Shown: positions 26,462-37,017 of the stretch, one piece after another | How the letters are laid out: each line of letters begins with the position of its first letter | How positions within the stretch are numbered: the first letter of the stretch is position 1 | Assembly (NCBI RefSeq): GCF_026210795.1 | Contig: NC_089429.1 | Span: 806,001-870,000, forward strand | DNA: 64,000 nt | Direction: 5' to 3' | DNA from: Rhizophagus irregularis | Taxonomy: Eukaryota | Notes under the pieces: generated by a model | Seen by the model: the letters and a program-made list of their open reading frames with translations, nothing else | What the model was told of the DNA's origin: nothing | The model's database searches: none | Translations under genes and position numbers: made by a program

Positions 26462-27566
26462 TAGCGTTCTCAAGCATCTCCCTCAATGTGATTGAATGAT
26501 GATGTCATTGTGCTCAAGTATCACAATCAATGGAAATATCAATAGAATTAAAAGCTTGAGAAAGCTTTTTTTTTTTAGCTACATGATTTCATTTGGTTAC
26601 GAATTTTTTCAGATAATTAGACCCACCAAAAACAAAAATTCTACCAACCCGGTTATTGAACCAACTTTTAATACTACTTCTTTTAATGATCTTACAAACA
26701 TTCATCTCTTGTTGCAACAGCAGCAAAATCAAATTATAACTCTAAGCAAAGCTGTTACGCAACAACAAGAAGTAAAGAAAATTCTTTTTAACAGCAGTGT
26801 TTATTTGTATAAAAAGTAAAAGTTTTATTGGTTTTTCATTTTTGTAGGCATCTTCTTCTATTATAATAATTAGGATACCCCTACTGGCTACTGCTATTCC
26901 TATTGAGCTTTTGGACAAGTGACCTTACCTTCGCCTATTACTTCTGATACACAAATAGGTTCTAATAAATCAACAAATCGATGGATTTCAGAAGAGGTCC
27001 GAATGCTTATTAAAGAGGTTGAACAATGTCAACAAGCCTTACAAAAGGTAAAAGATCAAGAAAAAATGGCAGATAAAATTGTTTCAAATATACAAAACTC
27101 TAGTGTTGCAAGTCCTACTTTAAAGGAATGTTCTAAAGCTTCAATACTCAGTTTTAGGCCTTTTTTGCTGAGAAGCTCTCAAGTTCAGATGAGTAAAATA
27201 TGGAAAAGCTGCATTTGATGTAACTTGAGTAAAAGTTAAAAGGTGTGTATTTGCATTGAAAACTCTATTTTTCTTTTTAAAAAATTCTTGCATTAAAAGT
27301 AAAACAATAATTTTTTTACATTGAAGAGAATTTTGTTGAGAATTCATTATTAAAGAGCAGAGCGTGAGGTACAATAACGAAAAAGTGTTATAAAAAATAT
27401 GTAAAATCGTGTACGAGCTTAAGAATACTCTATCAATTGTAGATCATTGAAGAAAAAAGGTGGTTTGCAACTCATTTGTTTTTTCATCGAAATGGTAACT
27501 CTATGATATTTTTTTAGCCAATCAGATCGTTCATCAGTCTATCAATTGAGGTGCTTGAGAACGCTC
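26462..27566. mobile_element. PIF/Harbinger-like internally deleted element with Myb/SANT-like ORF remnant
   Basis: TIR (G/T)AGCGTTCTCAAGCA(T/C)CTC; 3-bp TSD TAG; internal spliced ORF with RWISEEVRMLIKEV...DKIVSNIQ (Myb/trihelix-like); 5' end of a second convergent ORF (MNSQQNSLQ) on the minus strand. Confidence 0.65.
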
Positions 27567-28101
27567 TAGGTCTAGTAGTTTTTTACTATTATTATAATGG
27601 CATTAGTAGGAAATAAATGAAATAAATTACACAATTTATATGCTCATACAAATAACAATGAATTGTGTGCAAGCGTTATACAGTATATGAAATATTATTA
27701 TTAAACGCAAATTTTATTTATCGCACGAAACAAATGTTGCGGTTACTGTGAAATTTATGATTTATTTATATATTTACAAATTCATTACAAAAACAATTTT
27801 GTGTAAGTAGTTTATTGTTACATTGTTACAAAAAAAGTCATTTTTTTTTATCTTAAAAAAGATTCCATTGTAGATTTAAAAAAATTATATCTTCTATTGA
27901 AAAAAATGCATATATATTGTTAGCATATCTCAAAGAAATTCATTATAGCAATCTATTGTTATAGAAAAAATAATATCTCATTAATTAATATAAAAAAAAA
28001 TCCCATAAAAATTAATTATAACGATCTATTGTTATGAAAAAAAAAATTCTCCAGAAAAATTAATTAAAATGATCTATTGTACGGCAATTATCTTTTTCCG
28101 A

Positions 28102-28437
28102 GGGTCTGGTTCATTTCACCGACAATCATTTCACCGACATAAAAAATAAATATTGAATATGAGATATTTTATTATAAAAACTTTTTTGGATATTTAGTTT
28201 AGATCTAATAAGTATTAATACTTACTTCCATCTTAGACGGTTAGTAGATAGAATAACATATAGTTATATCTATTGTATTTTTTTATTTTTTTTTATATAT
28301 GTTATTATAAATTTCATTAAAATAATAAAAGAAATGCGCGTTGCTAACAAATATATATATATTTATATATGTCGGTGAAACGTTTGTCGGTGAAATGATT
28401 GTCGGTGAAGTAATTGTCGGTGAGTTAAACGCGACCC
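28102..28437. mobile_element. MITE with GGGTC termini and CACCGACA subterminal repeats (MULE- or Merlin-like)
   Basis: GGGTC...GACCC; TTTCACCGACA x2 on the left, TGTCGGTGA x4 on the right; 8-bp TSD TTTTCCGA / TTTCCCGA (1 mismatch). Confidence 0.8.
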
Positions 28438-28539
28438 TTTCCCGATTCTTATTATTAATAATAATAATATTTTTTAAGCTGCATCAAACTCAATAATAGA
28501 CTGACATACAGTAATTTACTTATTTATTTATTGTTGGCG

Positions 28540-29106
28540 TCGCAGCATCGATCTGATCACTGATCCAAACCTAATTGGTAAAAGAATGTATTCGGGAAAG
28601 AAAAATTCGGTTTGAAAAAAAAGTCAAACAGAAAAAGGAAAAGGGAAAAAAAAATTCGGATTGGAAAAAAGCAAACCGGAAAAAAACTGAAAACAAAAAA
28701 TAAAAATAAAAAAATTTGAAAAAATGATGACGAAAAAAAAATTTGGTGAAAAGAAGAAAGAGATCAGTTTAAAAAAGGAAAATTTTCGGAAAAAAAAAGA
28801 ATCCGAAAAAAAAATAAGTGCCGAAAAAAATTCTGAAAAAAAGGACAAAAATTTGGTCCAAAGACACTCCAAAGACACCGAAAAAAAAATTCAATTTGGG
28901 AAAAAAACCAAACCGAAAAAGAAAGAGGAAAAAAAAATGAAAATTTTTTAAAAAACGGAAAAGAAAGAACTGAAAGTAATAGATCGGTTCAAGAAAAAAA
29001 AACGAAAAAATTCAGATTGGTTCGAAAAGAAAAATAAATTTCCGATTAAAATTTCATTAACCGGAATTGGATTAGATATACAACACGGACTTGCCGATCA
29101 GGCGAC
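28540..29106. repeat. A-rich dispersed repeat family (relatives at ~38092-38677 and ~52340-52590)
   Basis: Shared anchors CAGCATCG..TGATCCAAA..AAAGAATGTA (with 52340) and TTAAAATTTCATTAAC.G.AATTGGATTAG...GATCAGGCG (with 38592-38676), around poly-A-rich cores. Confidence 0.55.
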
Positions 29107-29424
29107 TCTTAACTAATAAGGAATACGGATCAGCAATTCAAAATTAATTCATACAAACTAATGTAAACGTTACAGTTGCACGTATATTTTTGTGATATGA
29201 AATTGTCCGTTTTCCTGTTCTCTATGTATGAAATTATGAATAGCAATAACATTATCGTCGATCGGACACATTGGAATTATGTAATTATGTTGGGAAATTT
29301 ATGAAATTTATCAAACCGAATAACCGATGATCGTCAACATGCATAATTATATAATTACCGTTTGTTTCGACTTTTATAAATTACTTAAAAGTTGAATTAC
29401 ATAAATTACTTGAAATATAACATT

Positions 29425-30754
29425 ATGAACTCAGATAATAATACATTTAATCCTACGCCAAGATTAAAATCTAGTCCTGTACCTGTTTTATTTATTCCTT
29501 TTAAAAATGATGAGAACATATGTAATTATTGTGGAAATAAATACTCTGTAACACTTGAATTTAAACAAAAAAATTGTAAAAATTGTTTATTTTGGTATAA
29601 TAAATATACAACGGGCAATTATACATATTTGGATACATATATAACTACAAATAATGTTCAGTGTATCAAACATGAAGTAAATAGGAATAATTTTAATACA
29701 ATGAATATTCAAGAATGGTGTGAATATTGTTCTGAGGTTTCATATTTTAGACAAGTAATTCCAAATATTTTGTCATTCAATAATAGCTATTTATCACTGT
29801 TTTGTACTCATGACAAAGTATATTGTGAATTATGTGATAAACGATGGTCATCATATTTATCTAAGAATGGCCAAGATTGTTATCAATTTTTTTCTGGATG
29901 GGTTAAATCAACTTTGACAAAAAAGTCTATTTCAATTCTAAATTTGCCATGGTGGGATAATTGTAATAAATGTTTAGTTTGTGAACTAGAATTAAAATAC
30001 ATACACCAACATTCAGAATCTTATTATCAAAAATGGTGTTCTAATTGCTGTGTAATTTATACTGGATGTAGATATTGTTTAACAACAAATATTATTTTTG
30101 GAATTACGGACCAATCTCAATGTATGAAATGTAAAAGGATATTATTTATTATTATTGATATTACAAATATGTTCAGTGGAAATTATATCATAGATGAATT
30201 TCTTGCTTCTACAATATTTGACAATAATGAACAACATTCGATTGCTGATTATATGAATAATAATACAAATATTATTCCATTTGAAGTATATAAATTTATT
30301 ATAAAACATTTGCGTACAATAAGACTAAAAATAAAATGGATTCCATATTCTCAAATTACAAATTTAAGGAAAATAGCAGAAGGAGGATTTAGTATTGTTC
30401 ATAAAACAACTTTGGTTGATGGTTCGTCTGATAGAGATGTTGCTATAAAAAAATTACGTGATTCACAATATTTTTTAGATGAAGTAATATTTAAATATTA
30501 ATATTTTGGATTTTGTAATATATTTAAAATTTAACTAAAATATTTATAATTTATTAGTTAAAATCATTTTGTCAACTTAATAAAGCTTACGGTGTGATTA
30601 TGTGTTATGGTATTACACAAGATCCTGTAACAGAGGAGTATATGCTGATAATGGATTATGCAGAAGGTGGAGATTTACATAGTTATTTGAAAAAGAATTT
30701 TATAAACATTACATGGAATGACAAATTAAATATTATCGAGGGTATTTCATTTGG
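29425..30754 (+). pseudogene. Cys-rich TKL kinase, truncated before the catalytic exon
   Basis: Exon 1 29425-30483 (8 CxxC motifs, IAEGGFS, VAIKKL); exon 2 30558-30754 (YGITQDP..MDYAEGGDL). No HRD/DLG exon follows, unlike the paralog at 47.8-50.3 kb. Confidence 0.75.
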
Positions 30755-32179
30755 GTATGTATATATATTTAATGTATAAATATGTTGAACCAATTAAAAA
30801 TAGTTATGCAATAAGAATTTAACTTAAATAATTATGACGTATTATAAGTTTATATAATTCATATGATCTTTTTTATTTTAAAAGTTTTATTTTCCCAGGA
30901 TTCATTACTTTTATTTTTCGAAAAATAAATATTTTCTCCATAATGGAATATAATAATAGTGAAATGTCTGATAGTTCTTCCAATTCCAATGGTGGTTCTT
31001 TTATTAATTGTGAAAAGGAATCTACATTGAAAAAAATTGCAGAACTTAAAAAAAAAATTATGAAACTTGAAAATACTTCTATGAAAAAGGAAAAGACAAA
31101 GAGAAAATCGAACCAAGAACTTGTAGATAAAGAATCTTTTGCCATAACAAATAAAACAAAAGGATTATCAAATCAAAGTCGTTTAAAGGATAAATCTTTT
31201 AATAATAAATCAAATAATAAAAGTCAGCCAACCCTCTCTGAAGAAGATGATACTGAATTTTCTAGTGATGAACCTAAACAGGTGGCAATTATTTTAAATA
31301 TAACATTTTATTGTTATTTTTATTTATTATTTTAAAATATATAATAGCCAATTTTCAAAAAGAAAAATATAAATTATCAAAAGATTCCTTCTTTTCTTCA
31401 CATTCCAAAAAGGATTTGGCATGGTTATATGGTAATATGGTACATGTTGTTTAATTTACATTAAATTTTTGTAAATAATCTAACTTTAAAAAATTATAGG
31501 AATCTATGAGGCTTATTGTAGCTGAAAAACTTTATCATTTATTTTCAACTATTGAATATCGTGATATGCCAATTATTGAAATTAATAAATGCATTGACAA
31601 GGTAAATAAACTTATATTTTGTTTAATTGACTAGTTTAATGCAATATTATTTATTTTGCTTTAGTTTTGCAAAAAAAATCCATCCTTTCCAGAAACTGTT
31701 AGTGATTGGGCGGAACGTGAGATGATTTGTCAACATATAAATTATAGACGTAAGTTTATCTTAATTTAATATTGTTTTGTCATTATTCTGCTATTTTACT
31801 AAAATTTTCAACATTTTATAGGGTCAATTCTTAATCTTAGTGAAATGCATAAGACAAATATTTCTGTTAATAAAGCTAAGATCTGAAAACCAAATGGTAA
31901 TAGTAAAAGAGCCAAAAAAGGAAATGAACTATTAACAAAAAATCGTGGTAATTTTTAATTTTGATGAAATATTTTAAAATGAATCAAATTAATAACATTA
32001 CTACCAATCAAACAGAACCATTATTGGTATCCAACAGCCTGAATATAGAAAGTTTGGAAAGGCTTGATAATAATAAATCTTTACCGAGTAAGAGTAAGCT
32101 CATAGATTCTTTAATACATATGTAATCAACTAAATATATAAAATACATTACAATAGAATTATTAGAAGCCGTTGATGTC

Positions 32180-33025
32180 TCCCCAGCTTATTCTAAACGT
32201 CCTGGCCATAAACATAAAATAACACAATCATCTGATAAAGAAGAAGCCATTGAAGACGTTGAAGTTGTAAGAATTCCTCCAGCAAAATGTCCTGGCCCTG
32301 TAAAAAAAAAAATGTCCGGAAATTGTAGCTAAAACATCCGTAAAATGTCCGTATGTCCGGAAAACGTCCAGAAAATTGCAATATTCTGGACACTTTCTGG
32401 ACGCTGGGTCTGAACCCTCCTAGACATTTTCTGGACATTTTCTGGAAAATGGAAATTTTCCAATGTCCGGAATATTGCAATATTCTGGATATATTCCAGA
32501 CAAATAAACATTTTCCGGACGTTTTTAGCTACAATTTCCGGACATTCTTTTTTTATAGGGTGGTCGTAAACGTAAGATAACACAGCCATCTGATGATGAA
32601 AAAGGTGTTGAGGACGTTGAAACTATCAGAATTCCTTCAGCAAAACGTCCTGGTCGTAAAACTAAAGCAACACAGCCACCTGATGATGAAAAAGGTGTTG
32701 AGGACGTCGAAACTATCAGTTTCTCCAGCAAAACATCCTGGTCGTAAAACTAAAGCAGCACAACCACCTGATGATGAAAAAGGTGTTGAGTACGTCGAAA
32801 CTATCAGAATTTCTCCAGCAAAACGTCCTGGTCGTAAAACTAAAGCAGCACAACCACCTGATGATGAAAAAGGTGTTGAGTACGTCGAAACTATCAGAAT
32901 TTCTCCAGCAAAACGTCCTGGTCGTAAAACTAAAGCAGCACAACCACCTGATGATGAGAAAGGTGTTGAAGATGCTGAAACTATCAGAATTCCTCCAGCA
33001 AAACATCCTGGTCATAAATGTAAAG
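32180..33025 (+). repeat. 90-bp coding tandem repeat, ~6-7 copies
   Basis: TTCTCCAGCAAAAC at 32721, 32811 and 32901 (period 90). Confidence 0.92.
32296..32560. mobile_element. MITE with CCC...GGG termini (CMC/EnSpm-like)
   Basis: CCCTGTAAAAA..ATGTCCGGAAATTGTAGCTAAAA / TTTTAGCTACAATTTCCGGACAT..TTTTATAGGG; TSD TGG. Removal restores the repeat unit CCTGGTCGTAAA. Confidence 0.92.
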
Positions 33026-33785
33026 CGGTATAACATTATTTAATATATTTATCTATGTATTTGATATTTTATAAATTAGTACATATTTAATATATTATAC
33101 TTTAATATATTACATTCTATATAATTTATACATATGTAAAACAAAATATATACAAATGTATTTCGAATGCTAAATAAAAGTATTACGAGTTTGCTACAAA
33201 TCATTTACAAATTTTGTATAAATGGATGCTCATAATTGTATTAAACTTGTTATGTTAAAATATATTACATTTTTTATACGAAAATTTGACAAATACTTTT
33301 TACTGGGTATACGAGTTTAACATTATACAAATTTAATTATTAAAAAAAATTAATGAGTTTACTTATTAAAGTATATATTACATGAATTGATTTATTAAAA
33401 AAATTATATACCCGAATTTATTAAATTTTTTTACTAAAAAAATTGAATTTATTTATTAAAAAAAAACATTATATAAATTTATTTATTAAAATAAAAGCAT
33501 TATATACTAAAAAAAAATTATTTATCAAAAAACATTAATAAAAAAAAATGTGGACATAGAATTGTCCAAATTTGATTCGTGTGAAATAAATTTTATTGAA
33601 TAATTTTATTTTTGAATATGAATATAAATTATAATATACGTTTTATGTAAAATTTTTAAAAAGTTTACTACAGCATGGTTAGAAACTGAAAAAAATTTTT
33701 AAAAAAAAATTGTTAAATGTTTTTTATAAATTAAAAAAATTCATAATATTTCTTTTTTTAAAGCCAATTACAAGGTTATTATTAA

Positions 33786-34789
33786 GAGCTGATCCGCCTA
33801 CGAATGACAGAAAATTACTATATAAATTTGGGGTGAAGTTATTATAAAAATGCCAAAATTGGCTAAATTTTATGGGCTATAAAAACCGCAGATCATCATG
33901 CTGTGGCACCAAAATTCACATGATGATTCCTTAAATGTCAAAGATAAAAAAAACAAAAAAAAATTGAGAAATTTATTTATTTGTTCAAAACTTTACTTTG
34001 AGGCAGCGTCAGATTTGACAGGTGTATATATATATATGCGAGAATTTCAAGTCATATATTACGTTATTTTAACAAATATGAACACTTAAAATTATGTTCT
34101 CATGTATTTTATACGTTTAAAACTACTTGTTTTATATAATTCTAATATTTTCTCTTGCTTTTAGTTCACATGTTACTATGATCTCTTTCTATTTTCATGA
34201 GGAGTAACCTGTAAATTAATTTCAAATGGTGGAAGTTTTGGTATATATATTCTTATCTAGTTTTTCAATTTGAGTGCATCACACAAACTCTTAGCATTAG
34301 TTTGCAAATTATTATTAGCTTTTTGAAAGTGTTGTAACAATAATATAAAAAAAAATAACATACAATTACCAGAACAATAGGTAATAATGGCTTTTTAGAA
34401 GGATTTATATAGCAGATATGTTATTTTAAGTTAAATTTTTCATTTAGATCTTTTCTATTTGTACGTTAGTTACGCTTGTTTTTAGCCAAAAAACCATCAC
34501 TTTGACAATAATATTTGAGTAATTTTCATGCGTGAAGCAATTTTTACTGAATAATGAATATTTAAGACATGGTAGGTGTCAGATTTTAGCGTTTATTGTG
34601 AGTTTCTATGTGAAAATTTTTTCTCGATATTTTTCTTGGCATTTTTAAGTTTCATCACATGACTTGGTACCACAACATGATTTGTGGTGATTTTGATTGG
34701 CAAAATTTGCCTATTTAGTTTATTTTTTGCAATAAAATTTCCCCCGAATTTATATAGTAATTTTCTGTCGATCATAGGCGGATCGGATC
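33786..34789. mobile_element. Non-autonomous element with TTAA TSD and GA...TC ends (Kolobok-like)
   Basis: TTAA|GAGCTGATCCGCCTACGAATGACAGAAAATTACTATATAAATT ... AATTTATATAGTAATTTTCTGTCGATCATAGGCGGATCGGATC|TTAA; imperfect IR extends ~150 bp. Confidence 0.8.
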
Positions 34790-34947
34790 TTAAATCAAAA
34801 TGCAAAAAAACAATAAATTAAATTATTTTAGATGAAAAAAAAATGAAATAAATTATTTATTTATTTCAAATAAAAATTAAATTATATACTGTATTTATTA
34901 CCAATATTATTGTTTCTGCAAATAAGTGTTAAAATTTATGGTATATA

Positions 34948-34995
34948 TCCTACTCTTAGTAAGGGCGGGTCACCGGCCCTAGGGTATGACTCTAG
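34948..34995 (+). mobile_element. Candidate 48-bp minimal Helitron
   Basis: A|TCCTACT...GC-rich hairpin AGGGCGGGTCACCGGCCCT, 11 nt, CTAG|T; no TSD. Confidence 0.5.
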
Positions 34996-35157
34996 TTATT
35001 CTTTTATAAAGAATTAAGAGAATGCATGATCGCAGTTAATTTTATTATTTATTAGTAGTTTCAAGTAATATACAAGTCATGCTAATATCGCATAAATTAT
35101 CTACCTACTACTTTTAGTATCTTGTGCTGAAGTTGGTTAAAAAAACTTCAATAAACA

Positions 35158-37017
35158 TTAAATCTTTAAATCTTCTAAAATAAAAAAAACGTATAAATAA
35201 ATAATAAATAATTATTCAATAGTAAAAAAAAAATCGATATATGAACAACATTTACCTAATTCATCTGAATCTTCTCTTGATTCAATATTATCTTTTCCTT
35301 CATCAATCACAATTATTGAACTTAATTCTCCTTGATCTAAAATTTCATTTAATTTTGCATAATGATCGATTTTTCTGCTTATATAACAGGATAATGGATG
35401 ATTCTCTATAATAGTAGGTACTATAATGATAAAAAAAAATTTTTTCATTATCAAAAATAATATAATATAAACTTTAATTTTAAAAAAAAAAATAACTTTC
35501 TTACCCGGTACTGATTTTCTCTTATCATAGTCCATTTCCATAAGATATTTTGCCGACCATACATCAAATATTTCTGATAATTCTTTCGCAGTTGGTCTTT
35601 TATTAGGATCATTATCCCAACATCTTTTCATTAATTCTACATAATCAGGTTCTGTGCCTTCTATAATTTCTGGTCTATGTCCTTTACATATTTGTAAAGA
35701 AAGATCAAAATCATGAGGAATATCATGAAATGCTGAAACTCCTGATGTAAACTCCCACATAATAACACCGAAGCTATAAATATCTGAAGCTTTAGTATAT
35801 GGTTTTCCACGTAATACTTCTGGTGCCATATAAGGAATTATTCCATAAATATCCTTGGAATTAATTGATTGATTATATTGTCTACTCTGTCCAAAATCAC
35901 TTATATATATATGGAATTCATCTTTTAAGAGCAAGTTTCCGTTATGTAAATCTCCATGAGTCATACTAGACTTGGATAAAGCTGAAAGTGAACATGCTAT
36001 TTCGTATAAATTATGATATTTATCATTTGGATTATATTTTTTTATTAATAAATTATCTCTTAAACTCCCTCTCTTCATTTCTTCTAATACGACCATATAA
36101 ACTTTTGTTACTGGATCTTGAGTTATCCCAAACACTCTCACAAAATTTGCATAGTTATTTATAGCTGAATATAAAAATTCTAAATAATTTTCCCACTAAA
36201 ATATTAATATGTTAAATTAAGATGTTAGTATGAACTTTTTTATAGGATTATCTAAAATGGAGTAAATTGCCGAGCATGAAAAGTGACAAATATTCTTTAT
36301 TATGATCATGCGATTTAACTCCGCTTAGACGTCCCTTTTTATGTACTCAAACTCAAGTTGATTTGCACTCGAGCGAAATTTTTTATTCGAATTTCGAAGA
36401 ACATACTGACCGGACATTTTGTTATTCCAGTCAGCATTATGTCGTTTTGACTCAAGTTTAAGCTCTATTTTTTTTTATAAAACTAAATTACTTACCTCAT
36501 TTAAAGAATCCTCGTTAATATTATTTAAGCTCTTAAGAACAACATGAAATCCGACCTTTTCATCTTCCTTGAGAGTTAAGTCAATATTATTTTTTTCATT
36601 TCTATAATCTAAATAATCTTCTTCTTCAAGTTTATAACGATTTCTATCCCAACAATTTTCGCTATCATTCCAACAAATTATATATCCATCTAACCAAATA
36701 GCCTTGTTAATAGTACTAAAACCACCTTTTGTGAGATATTTTACATTTATTAATCTCGTATATGGAATCCATTCTATAACTTCCCAATGATTTCTCGCTT
36801 TTGATTGAGCTCTTCTAACAAAATCATTTATACTTTCATTCTCACTTGTCCATTCAAATAGTTTAAATTGTTCTGAACAACAACTTTGACACCAATCATG
36901 GTCAGTTTTTGGCTTTCTACATTTATTACAATGGCCAAATTCTTCGTTACGTATGGCTGTTTCATAATAAGATCTATTATGGCAGATTTCATTTGATTCT
37001 TCGATACTTTTGGCCAT
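35158..37017 (-). CDS. TKL-family protein kinase (4 exons)
   Basis: Exons 37017-36496, 36195-35505, 35420-35256, 35174-35158. Motifs KGGFSTI, VVLK, HGDLHNGN, DFG, PYMAPE, SDIYSFG, CWDNDPNKRPT; N-terminal CNKC/CQSC. Confidence 0.88.

Larger units (their letters stand above)
30943..33033 (+). pseudogene. Multi-exon unknown gene with basic/acidic 30-aa tandem repeats; probably transposon-borne and disrupted
   Basis: ATG 30943, many GT-AG introns, C-terminal repeats SPAKRPGRKTKAAQPPDDEKGVEYVETIRI; MITE insertion, frameshift near 32718 and stops. Confidence 0.55.

Noticed and set aside
28624..28951. Lys- or Phe-rich ORFs (also 14105, 14178, 22314, 38230)
   Set aside because: Artefacts of poly-A low-complexity repeats.
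32180..33025. Regularly spaced repeats as a CRISPR-like array
   Set aside because: No unique spacers; it is a 90-bp coding tandem repeat in a eukaryotic gene.
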